Below are positions 51,201 to 61,848 of a stretch of 64,000 nucleotides of DNA, piece by piece. Origin of the DNA: Mantamonas sphyraenae STR306 (taxonomy: Eukaryota > Protista > CRuMs). The stretch spans positions 248,001 to 312,000 of the forward strand of contig JAPMXV010000042.1 in assembly GCA_026936335.1 (NCBI GenBank), given 5' to 3'. How positions within the stretch are numbered: position 1 is the first letter of the stretch; every line of letters begins with the position of its first letter. The notes under the pieces were generated by a model that did no database searches, had not been told where the DNA came from, and worked only from the letters and a program-made list of their open reading frames with translations. The translations under genes and the position numbers were made by a program.

Positions 51201-54200
51201 CAACTGCCAGTGCCAACACGACTGTGTGTTCGTGGGTGTCGTCCAACATCACTGTGATGAGCAATGCCACCGCCCAAATGGTATGCAACGAGTCTCAGGT
51301 TTGTATGCCGGCCAACGCCACTATGGTGTGCGCTTGGAACGCTACCCTCAACGCTTCGCAGTGTGCCATGGCGGACAGTTCGCTTGTTTGCAACAACGTG
51401 ACCACTTGCGTGCCTGTGGTTGGACCGATGGTCTCCCACAACATCACGGTGTGGCAGTATGTGTGCTTGCAGAACAACACGAACAACACGGCTCAGGCCG
51501 AGCAGCCAGCTGCGCCTGTCAACCCTCTGTACACGCCTGTGCGTCGCGACTTGACTCTGCGTGGTACGGTGACAGACTTGAACGTGGCCATCTCGCGCAT
51601 CTTGTATGTGCCTGACGCGAACTACTACGGCGTGGACCGTTTGGATGTGTCCGTGTCCGATTTGGGCAACTCGGGCGTCGGTCAGCCGCTGCAGGACGCC
51701 AAGTATGTTGATTTGAACGTGACGTGGGTCAACGACGCTCCTGTGTTGGCCGACACGTCCATGTTCAGTTCGTTGCGCAAGCTCAAGGAGGAGATTCCTT
51801 CGCTCATCGAAGGAATCACTCTGACTGACGTGGACTCGTCGTTCTCCAACATGACGATGAACATCACGGTGGCGCACGGTTACATCTCGTTCAATTTCAC
51901 GGTACTGCTGAACCGCACGCTTGTGTCTGTGGACAACAGCAGTGCTATGGTGTTCAACACCACGGGCAACATTACCGTGGGTGGTTTCGATATGCCCAAG
52001 GCCGATCTGGTACGTGTTGCATCGCAGTACGCCAACTACGGGCGCCCGCGCACGTACGGCCGTGGCTTTTCGCTGCGAGCTCCTCTGTTGGACCTGCAGA
52101 TCATGCTCTCTGTGCTGCAATACCAGCCTTTCTGGCCGTACCACGGCGCCGACAACATGACCATCTTTGTTCATGACGAGGGCTATCGCGGCCATGGTGG
52201 TGTCCTGTCGGACACGCTGCACCTTCCCATGACGGTACTGTGGTGCGACGGCAACATCACGTCGGGTCTTATCAAGGACAGCTGTTTTGTGTGTGGTGGC
52301 CACAACGCCACGTGCATCGGTTGCGACAACGTGCCCTGGAGCGGACTGGTCTACGACGCGTGCGGTGTCTGCAACGGAGACAACAGCACATGCAAGGGTT
52401 GTGATGGTGTCCCCAACTCGGGCAAGGTGTACGACGTGTGCGGTGTTTGCGGTGGCCCCGGTCGCGATCAGTGCAACGTGTGTGGTGGAGATGACAGCAC
52501 GTGCAAGGGTTGCGATGGTATCCCCAACTCGGGTCTCAAGTACGACGTGTGTGGCGCTTGCGGTGGCGACAACTCGACGTGCAGGGGTTGCGATGGTATC
52601 CCCAACTCGGGCAAGACCAACGACGTGTGCGGTATTTGCGGAGGCAACGGCTTCACGTGCATTGGTTGTGATGGTGTGCCAAACTCTGGCAAGATCTACG
52701 ACACGTGCGGTGTTTGCGGTGGCAACACCGACTGCACCGGTTGCGATGGCAAGGGTGGTGCCTACGATGGCTGCGGTGTCTGCAACGGCGACAACAGCAC
52801 TTGTGCCGGTTGTGATGGCCAGCCGTTTTCGGGCAAGAAGTATGATCCGTGTGGTGTGTGTGGAGGCGACGGTACGTCGTGCGCAGGTTGTGACGGCGTG
52901 CCCAACTCTGGCAAGAAGTTTGACCAGTGCTTGGTGTGTGACGGTGACAACAGCACGTGTCCTTTCATCACCTCCATCTATCCGAACAGTGGTCTGGTGG
53001 CCGGTGGCGAGACGGTCACGGTGTACGGCCGCAACTTCCGAAACGATGCCCTGTTGCGCTGCCGCTTTGGTAGCACGCTTGTTGCGGCGCAGTACCGAAT
53101 TTTGCTGCCCAGCAATGTGGGTGTGATTTTGTGTCCGACGCCGCCTTCGCCTGTGAACGCGCCCAACGGTGTGGGCTACGTTTCTTTGGAAATCACTGTG
53201 TTCAAGAGCATCTTTACGCAGAACGGCTACGACTTTGGCTACCACCAGCCCCCTCCTGTGGTGGTGCAGTCGCGCATGCGCAATGATGCTGCGTCGATCA
53301 CGGTCACGTTCGACAAGGACACGAACCGTGCCAACTTTGTTGGTTACAAGTCTTGCGACACTCTGTTCAAGCCTACCACGCTGGCGCTGATGGGAGTCAA
53401 CCCCGTGTGCTACTTTGAGAGTGCAACATCGCTGGTGGCATTGCTGCAGGCGGGTACGGTGTTGGATCCTGGCATGATTGTGGAGGTGCAGAACAACTCG
53501 ATTCGTCGCCTGGATGCCCAGTCCAGCGATTCGCGCCTGTATGCCCCTGCGCGCGGATCCGCTCCGGTGCTGTATCCGCTGAATCCCATCCGGCCGGTAG
53601 CTGTCATCAGTGCGCCGCCTGTCATTGGATACTGTGATGGCGTCACGCTGACCACGGCTGCATCGTACGGATCCGGTGCGCGCAACATGCGCTACACATG
53701 GAACGTGACGGCGGTGGGCAACAGTGCCAATACGGCCTATCTCAACTCGATCACTGCTCTGCGCACAGAGTTGGCATCGCGTGGCAACACGCAGTCGACC
53801 CTGACTGTGGCGTCCAGCTTCATCGTGCCGGGCTTTACGTACGAATTTGCGCTGGTGGTGACAAACTTCCTCAACGTCACGGGAGATGCCACGACCAAGC
53901 AGGTTACCAAGGACGTGCTGCCGCTGCCTTCGGTGTCCATCCAGGGTAGCACGCAAATTGACTTTTTGCGTCCGCAGTGGAATGTCATCGAGGCCACGGG
54001 CTCGTTGTCTGTCTGTTCGGTGGAGCGCACACTGGCCTTCCAGTGGGTGCAGCTGTCCGGTCCTACGATTCTGGACAAGGCCGCTACGACCACAGAGCGT
54101 CGTTTGTACTTCCCTCCAGATGTTCTCGCGGTTGGCGAGAAGTACTCGTTCCGCGTGACCGGTACGGTGACAGAAAACCCAACCCTGTTTGCCGCGGCCA

Positions 54201-57200
54201 TTGCCAACGTCACCGTGCAGCCTTCGCCGCTGAGTGCGGTGCTGGTGGGTGGCCTCGAGCGCACAGTGTCGCGAATCCAGACAGTTGTGCTGGATGCGAG
54301 TCAGAGTGCCGATCCGGACAAGAGCAACACCACGGCGACGTTCACGTGGACGTGCATCCAAGTGAAGGACAATCAGGCGTGCCGCAACACGTCTGGCTAT
54401 CTTCTGCAGCTGCTGCCCCAAGCAGTCCTGACTTTCCCGGCCAACTACTTGAAGGCCAACGTGACCTACCGCTTCGGAGTCACCTTCAGCAAGGATGGAC
54501 GCCAGAGCTCCGCTCAGCAGACGGTCAAGGTGCTCAGTGGTGATGAGCCTGTTGTGTCCATTCAGCCGCTGCCTGCGAACCAGCTGCCCATCAACCCGAA
54601 CCGGGAGATTGTGTTGCATGCGGTTGCGGAGTCGAGCACGAACGACACCTTGGAGTACAGTTGGGCGATTGTGGATGGTGACATCTCCATCAACCAGGCT
54701 GTGAGCGGCAAGCCGATCTACAAGGACCTTGTGATCCGCCCCAACGCCCTGACGGGTGGTGCGTTGTACACGTTTGTCGTGACAGTGCGCGACGGCAACG
54801 GACAGGGTACATCGCTTATTCAGCTGCGCGTGAACGAGGCGCCTCGTGCGGGTACGTGTACACTGTCGCCGGCTGAGGGTATTTCGTTGACCACCGAGTT
54901 TACGATCTCGTGTCAAGGCTGGGTGGATGTGGTGGCTGATTTGCCCATCCGCTATGCGTTCCAGTATTCCATCGACGGCGTGTACTACCGTCTGAACACG
55001 GTGTCGCTGTCCAACTCGCTCAAGTTTACGCTGCCTGCACCTGCAGTGAACTCGACCATGCGCATGCATGCATCGGTGCAGGACGCGTTTTCGGCGGCGA
55101 CGGAAGTGACTTTGCCGATTACGGTGCGTCAGCCGCAGTCGACGCAGGCTGTGAAGCAGAGCATCCAAGAGGTGGTGCAGACGCAGATCCCGAACGCACA
55201 GAACGTGTCAGACACCGAGAACGTGTTGAAGCTGGCCTCAGTGGTGGCCGTACAGCTGAACTCGGTTGGTACGACCGAATTCACGCGTCAGGAGAAGACA
55301 CAACTGCGCGAAGTGGTCCTGGATTCGCTGAAGGAGGTGAACAACCGCACGGTGGCAGTGAGTACCAGCACTGTGGCCGAGACGCTGAATGCTGTGGAAC
55401 TGGTGGTTGCTGAGCCGAACGAGGTCAACGAGCAGCTCCTGACAAAGACAATGACGCTGGTGGACCAGTTGGTTTCCAAGGCCATCACGGAAACCGGCGT
55501 GGATGTGTCTGTGCTCGAGGGTTTCTACGGCGTGTACTCGGACATCATGGCCGCAGACGAGAATGCCATCCAAAAGACGCCGGGCACGCAGTCCGTGGCC
55601 ATGTCCAACGCCCAGAACATGGAATTCATGAAGAACGTGGAGAAGCTGACGGCCAAGGTGATGGAGAGCATGCAGTGTGGCCAGGGTGACGTGTCTGTTG
55701 GTAAGACCTACTTCCAGCAGGTGCTGCGCAAGGGCTACCACGGCGATATCGCCGGGTCGCGCGTGAGCACGCCTGTGGCTGTGAAGCCGCAGTTCAAGTT
55801 CCTGCCCGAGTATGACTTCCCCACCGACCTGTTCAGTTCTGCCAACCCGATCCTGAACGCTGCGCCGTCGTGTGTCAACCTTGTGATGCAGGGTATGGCC
55901 AAGGCCCCGCAGTACCAGAACAACGACACAATCGAGTTTGGCGTCTCCATGGTGTCGCAGATCTCGCTGCGCACGCTGAACCAGTCGAGCATCTCCGTGT
56001 CGGGTCTGAAGACGCCGTTCAACATTCGCCTGCCCATCGACCGTATCCGTGCGCGCGCCAAGCGTACCAACTCGCTTGAAGTGGCGTGTCAGTACTTTGA
56101 CAATGAGGCTGACCGTTGGAGTGGCCGTGGCATGACGCCTGTTTCGTTCACGTACGATGACATCCGTTGCGCCAGTGCGCATATGACCGACTTTTCGGTG
56201 CTGATGCGCCCGACGGTCCCGTGTCCGGACGATTGCAACTTCCGCGGTCTGTGCAACAACGGCACATGCTTCTGCACGAACGACTGGCTGGGTACGACGT
56301 GCGACATCCCGCCGCCGCCCAAGGCGCGTTCAGTGCGTTTCGACAACAGTGGTGCACGTATCCAGATGGTGTTTGACCGCGCCACCAACCGAATGGGCAA
56401 GGAAGGCAGCAGCGACTGCAACGACTTTTTCCTGGCCAACAGCAGTGCACTGCTGCAGGGTGCCACGTGTGTGTTTGCAGACGACTTTACGCTGCTGATC
56501 ACGCTCACGTCTCAGTCGGCCATCAAACCAGGCGATTGGCTCAACTTGATTCCTTATCGCCTGAATGGTGCGCCCGAAAGCGAGGTGCGTTTCAACAACG
56601 ATGGCTACCCCGTGGCTCTGGCCGAGAAGCCGCTGGTGCCCGTGTCTGTGCTCACCATGCCCAACGAAATCGGAAACTGTGACGCGGTGACGCTCGACGC
56701 AACGCTGTCACAGGGTTCTGGTTCACGCCCGCTTGAGTTTTTCTGGAGTGTATCGCCCACGGGTCTGAGCACCGCTGCGTACAACCAGGTGGCGGCCAAG
56801 CTGCAAAACTTCCGCGGTCCCGTGGTCACCTTTGGGGCCAACGAGATGGAGCCTGGCTTCCGCTACCGCTTCACGCTGGTGTCCAAGAACTTCCTGGGTT
56901 TGGAATCGCCAGCACTGACGCGTGAGCTGTTCAAGTCGTCGTTTGCCATCCCGACCATTCTGATCGAGGGTCAGACGACGCGTGAGGTGCCGCGCCCGCG
57001 TTCCGTGACGGTGCGTGCCGCTGCACGTCTGTCGGCGTGTGCCAGTTCCAAGGAGCTTGACTTTACATGGGCGTTTGCCGCAGGCTCGCCCACGTTTACG
57101 CTCAACGCTCAGACCAAGAACACGCGTGCGCTGTTCATTCCGGCCAACACGATGGATGTGGGCAGGACGTACGTGCTGGAAGTGACGGGCTGCATGCCGA

Positions 57201-60200
57201 CCACGACCACCCCGCTGTGTGGTACGGCCACCGTGCGCCTTGTGGTGCCGGCAAGTCCTGTGGAGGCGCGCATCTTTGGTGGTGGTGCCTCGGTGGGTGT
57301 GGCGGACGCTCTGGTGCTGGACGGCAGCATTTCATTGGATCCGGATGATTTGCAGAACGTGACGCCATTCAAGTACTTGTGGCGCTGCGAGTTTGAGACG
57401 ACGCCGACTGTGTTTGAGGGTGTGACGACGCGCAACTTTTTGCCGTGCACAAACCTGAACACAAAGACGCTGTTGACGAGCACGCAGGCACAGATGGTGA
57501 TTCCTGCGGGTGCTTTGAGTGCCAATGAGAAGCTGAACCTGGACAAGAACGTGTACACGTTCAAGCTGACGGTGGAGAAGGGTGGACGCGAGTCGAACGC
57601 GACCACCAAGATCACCGTGTTGCCTGGTTCGCTGCCGATTGTGCAGGTGAAGCCGCAAGCGAGCAGGAAGCACAACCCGAACGACAAGTTGAACCTGGAG
57701 GTGGAGATTGCCAACGAGCGCCCGTCGACGACGTACGACTACACGTGGCGTGTGATCCCCAACGACCAGCTCAATGTGTCCAACCCGAACGTGGTGGCCA
57801 CAAGCGTCAAGAACAAGAACTTTGTGATTCGAGCCAACCGACTTTCGCCGGGTGCCTCGTACACATTTGAGGTTCGTGTGTTGGACGTGCTCAGTGGCAC
57901 GCAGGGTAGCTCGCGAGTGACGATTCTGGTCAACTCGCCGCCCACGGCCGGTGGCTGTTCGGTGACGCCGACCACCGGTACGCAGCTGCAGACCAAGTTC
58001 CAGGTCAGCAGTTCGGGCTGGGTGGACGATCCCGACGATATGCCGCTGCAGTACTCCTTCCGCTACGTGGATGGCAACGGAGCCGAGGTGGCCATGTCGC
58101 CGTTCAGTGAAGCCAACAAGGCTGAGACGGTGTTGCCCGAAGGTTTGGGCACGAACAAGGTCCTGGAGCTGCGTTGCTACGTGTCTGACTTCTTTGGCGG
58201 TCAGGCATTCAGCACAACGCAGGTGACGGTGGAGCCCATCAAGATTGACGCCGGTGGCGATGTGGCCGACGTGGCCGACTCGTTCGTCAACGGAGGCATG
58301 GCCGATGCCCTGTCCAGTGGTGACACGGCCGCGGCAGGTCAGTACATCAACTCGATTTCGTCGCTGCTGAACGCTCCTGCGGAAGAGCCGGCCAATGGCG
58401 GTGGTGGCGGCGGCGGCGGCGGAAACCCGCAGCCCAAGCCGACGCCGACGGCAGAAGAGACGGCGAAGAAGGAGGCAGTGCGCGAAAAGTTGCTGGGAGC
58501 CCTGGATTCTGTGTTGGCGTCGACGGTGTTGACGAGCAACGAGGATGTGGAGCGCAACAGCAAGAGTGTGTCGCTTGTGTTGTCATCGACGACCCTTACG
58601 GCCAAGGCGCAAACCGACGGTGCGGGCCTGGTCAAGTCGCTTGTGACGGCCACCGAGTCGACGGGTCTGGGCAAGTCTGGCGACAGCATGCTGAGCACCA
58701 TCGACAACATTGTGGTGTCGTCGCCGATTGGCAAGTCGGCAGCACCGGGTGCCAGCACGGCCGAGTCGGGCAAGGATCTGTCGCAGGACTTGCAAGGCAC
58801 GGTGAGCCGCCTGTCGGATTCGTCGCTGGGCGACAAGGTGTGTGGTGAGGAGCCGTTTGCGCTGGGTTCGAGCAACCTTGCGCTGCAGTCGCGCAAGCAG
58901 TTCCCGGACAAGGTGGGAGGCAGCGCGGTGTCACCGGCAGCCAAGGGCAAGACGGGTGCGCAGGTGCCGTCGTTTGGACTGCCCACGGGTCTGTTTGGCA
59001 GCAACGCGCCGGCTTGCATGGACTCGCATGGCAAGGCGCAGGAGCGCAACCCGTTCTCGTTCGATCCGGAGTCGTCCAAGGTGCAGTCGCCCGTGACGGG
59101 TCTGACCTTCAAGAACGGCAAGGTGGTGCAGGCTGTGTTTGGCCTGGACACACCGATCGACATTTTCATTCCGCGCCAAGACCCGAACGGCTTCTACGCG
59201 GCACTGAACAACCCGAATGCAACCGTGCCCAGCAACTTCACGCTGCCTCGCGCGTCGTGCGAGTATTGGAATGAGGAGCTGGAGGTGTGGTCGGACGACG
59301 GTTGCAAGGTGAAGAACAACTGGCTGAATGGCACGCTGTGTGCATGCACACATCTTACAGACTTTGCCTCGCTGGCCGCGGACTCTGCGCCGACGGTGAA
59401 CGTGGTGGATCCTGTGGGAGACGCCAAGCTGCTGGCAGGACTGGCGGACAACCCGTTCTCGGCCATTGTGCTGGGCATTGTGACGGGTCTCTTCCTGATC
59501 CTGGTGTTCCTGGGCTGGAGGCAGGACAAGATCGAGCGGGAAATGCTGCTGGGTCTGCGCCCTGTGCCGGAAAAGAGCCGCTGGCAGGCGTGGCTGGAGA
59601 AGTGCCAGAGCAAGGGACCGCAGGAGCGAAGGAAGGCGAGGCGCCGGGCTTCTTCAAGCGCTACGTGGACAGCGTGTCGAACAACTTCAAGACGAACCAC
59701 GGCTGGTACTCGATCTACGCGAGGGATCCAAAGGACCCGATCACGCGTCCCAAGTACATCACCATCCTGTTCTCGGTGATCATGTCGGAGCTGACGGTGG
59801 TGGCGCTGTTCTACTCGGATGGCGAGTCGTCGATGGGTGCCGAGTTTGTGACGGGTATTCTGGCGTCGTTGATCCTGAGTCCGCTGGGCTTTGCCATTGC
59901 GTACATGTTCAGCGCCACGCGACAGCCGCTTGACATCCAAGCGGAGCGCATCAAGGCTGGCCTGGCTCCGGCAGACACCAAGAAGGAGTTTGAGGAGCTG
60001 GAGCTGGACGAACTCGGCAACAAGAAGGCCAAGGCCGAGGTGGAAGGAGGCACGACTGTTGCGCCGAGCGGACCGAGCGGCCCGGAGGAGGTGGAAATGA
60101 GCGAATTGGGCGGCGAGGAACAGGCAGCAGCCGGTGGCAGGCGTCGCCGACGCAAGAAGGCGACAGCCGAGAACGAGGATGGCGAAGAGGAGGATGACGA

Positions 60201-61671
60201 GGAAGGTGGCGAGGATGAGGAAGGCGAGGAAGACGGACGCAAGATGACGATGAAGGAGAAGATGATGGCGAAGTACGAGGCAAAGCAGGCAAAGATGCGT
60301 GAGGAGGAAGAGGCGGCAGCTGCGGCGGAGGCTGAGTTTAAGCCGCTGCCGGCGTGGACGGTGTCGTTTGCGTTTGCCTTCTGTCTGTTTGTGTACATCT
60401 TTAGCACGTACATGAACCTGCTGTACGGTCTGAAGTTTGAGCAGTCCACGGCAGAGGACTGGCTTGTGTCGTCGCTGACGGGCTTCCTGCAGGACGGCGC
60501 GGTGAAGGATCCGATCACGATTCTGATCAAGACGTTTGTGATCCTGTTGTTCATCACATTTGTGCTGGGCATCGACGGACGCAACGGCGGCGGCCTGGCT
60601 GTGACGAACCTGGAGCAGCTGATGGTGAACCGCATGATGGAATCGCGGGAGGAGAAGCAGCGCAAGCGTGTGGAGGCCAGGAAGAAGGCCAAGGCGGACG
60701 CAGACGAGGCGCGCAACCGCAAGTCGAACCTGAGTGTGCCCAAGGGCAACCTTGCGGCGGTTCCGGGCGACTTTGGCGGACGCAGCGAGCAGGCGAGCCG
60801 AAGGCACAAGGGAATGGTGGCGCTGGAGGAAGACAAGCCGAAGCAGCGCACCACTCGCGGTGGCGGCAAGTCGTCTGCAGAGACAGTGAGCATGGAGGAG
60901 CTGGAGCTGCAGATGATGACGCCGAAGGAAACGGCAGGCGTGCAGATGGTGGCGGACTCGCCGGCGCTGGTGGCCAGCGGAGCGGGTGTGGGTGGACATC
61001 GTGCCTCGGTGTCTGTGCACACGCCAGTGCATACACCTGCTGCACAGCGCTCTGTGGGTCCGGGTGGACGTCGTCGTGTGACTCAGGCGGCGGGCATTGG
61101 CGCAAGCAGCGCGTCGCTGGTGACGGCAAAGCCCAAGAAGCGTTTGGACGACGAGGACACATCGGACGAGTCGGATGCATCGATGAGCGGCGGAGAGGAG
61201 AGCAAGAAGACAACGACGACGACGACGACGACGACTGCGGTGCCAAACATGGCCACAGTGGTGGCTGTGAGCAAGTTCAAGTCGGCAGCAGCTCGCAACC
61301 GTCGCTCGGGCTCGGGCCGTGGCTCGGGACGTGGCGGCGGACGCGGTGCAAGCGGTGGTCGTGGTTCGGGAGGACGCGGCAGCGGCAGCCCGAGCTTGGG
61401 CCGTGGCAGCATCAGCAGCAGCAGCAGCAGCAGGTTGAGCAGGCAGGACAGTGAGAACGTTGTGATCCCGCAACTGAGTAGCATGGGCTCGTCGCCGCAG
61501 CCGCAGCGCTCGGGTGCACGCTTGCAACAGCAGCAGCCGGCCAGTCCGGGCACGCAGGCACACAACAACATCATGGCACGCAGGTCCGCAGGGCGTGGCA
61601 CGGGAAACAGGCTTAGCACGGGAGGCCGTGGAAGCTCTGGACGTGGAGGAGGCCGTGGCGGCAGCCGTTGA
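21271..61671 (+). CDS. Giant (~13,470 aa) polycystin-1-like surface adhesin/receptor, apparently intronless, broken in this sequence into ORFs 21271-25962, 25959-37442, 37439-39046, 39022-39369, 39233-59779 and 59287-61671
   Basis: There is one N-terminal signal peptide (LLVLLVLTWAASSAVAA) and the domains continue across each frame break. At ~39232 the paralogous copy (43721-43730) has one T fewer, and at ~39026 one extra C gives WPLFIGSVNDNP like the paralog WTILVASVNDNP. The C-terminus has REJ, GPS (CACTHLTDF) and PKD1-type motifs HGWYSIY...PITRPK and LLYGLKF....DWLVSS..GFLQD...DP. Confidence 0.8.
21400..22615 (+). repeat. Three N-terminal bacterial-type cadherin-like repeats (ND.P ... ED ... 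I.D.D ... N.AL..L.Y.P)
   Basis: The same motif set occurs in about 29 more copies between 33030 and 52240. Confidence 0.75.
22620..32910 (+). other. Autotransporter-passenger-like beta-solenoid region (~3,400 aa)
   Basis: Opens with WWTGAADTSWQNANNW.P.RLP...D.V, continues as G/N/T/S-rich beta repeats (W.GG.L, N.G.L.I), and ends in an autochaperone-like cap (VAYAGTLHVTY...F.P...DYFRVFT....ISGRF...YSSTYLDL). Confidence 0.6.
29586..31051 (+). repeat. Near-identical direct duplication, period 765 nt (255 aa): 29586-30286 and 30351-31051
   Basis: The protein segment NNGAVVTVNCPGG...IRSAINGT occurs twice with only a few silent nucleotide differences. Confidence 0.95.
32912..33020 (+). other. PSI-like Cys domain
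   Basis: CTLNHNCISCVNSSTNCHWTQNKCV fits the C.....C..C......C.W....C pattern. Confidence 0.6.
37439..46580 (+). repeat. Near-identical ~4.5-kb intragenic tandem duplication (37439-41938, 41939-46432, plus a partial third start 46433-46580)
   Basis: Each unit has seven cadherin-like repeats, the seventh carrying a fibrinogen-like/LamG insert. An older, diverged unit lies at about 33030-37435. Confidence 0.95.
46655..49830 (+). repeat. Four copies of a ~260-nt Cys/Asn-rich module (CQNVSTPVTTC...CTQTFVDSSNC) at about 46850, 47490, 47890 and 49530
   Basis: The protein core is identical and the DNA nearly identical; N-x-S/T sequons are dense. Confidence 0.95.
52245..52960 (+). repeat. About 9-10 tandem ~26-aa Cys repeats GCDG.PNSG..YD.CGVCGGD.STC
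   Basis: Direct reading; the motif resembles the end of the ADAMTS cysteine-rich region. Confidence 0.9.
52961..59380 (+). other. IPT/TIG - REJ(1) - GAIN/GPS(1) - EGF - REJ(2) - GAIN/GPS(2)
   Basis: IPT: ITSIYPNSG..AGGETVTVYGRNF. REJ: LDASQSADPD/LDGSISLDPD, and NEAPRAGTC..SP..G....EFTISCQGW.D / NSPPTAGGC.V.P..G. GPS1 starts at 56087 (CQYF...W...CASAHMTDF), EGF spans 56222-56302, and GPS2 starts at 59258 (CEYW...WSDDGC...CACTHLTDF). Confidence 0.85.
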
Positions 61672-61848
61672 TTCGTTGATTGCTGAAGAAGAAGAAATGG
61701 GGAAAGTGAGCAAGAAGAGCGACGTTTGGTTGTGAGTGATGCGATGATGAGCAGAGAAATGGAAAGGAAACGCGTTCGCTCCCCCCAAAAAAAACAACAA
61801 CAACAAGAAGGAAAGCCAAGATGGATCAAATCCTGTCGAATAGTTGGC

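Noticed and set aside
49133-55168. Very long antisense ORFs (2011 aa here; also 12510-15950, 29388-32078, 59194-61806, 61726-63057)
   Set aside because: These are shadow frames of strongly biased sense codons, with His/Arg/Val-rich translations and no recognisable motifs.
25920-59640. Programmed ribosomal frameshifting at the five frame breaks
   Set aside because: No shared slippery heptamer, mixed shift directions, several breaks at short homopolymers, and the twin copy of the 39232 site lacks the extra T. Long-read indel error is simpler, though recent pseudogenisation is not excluded.
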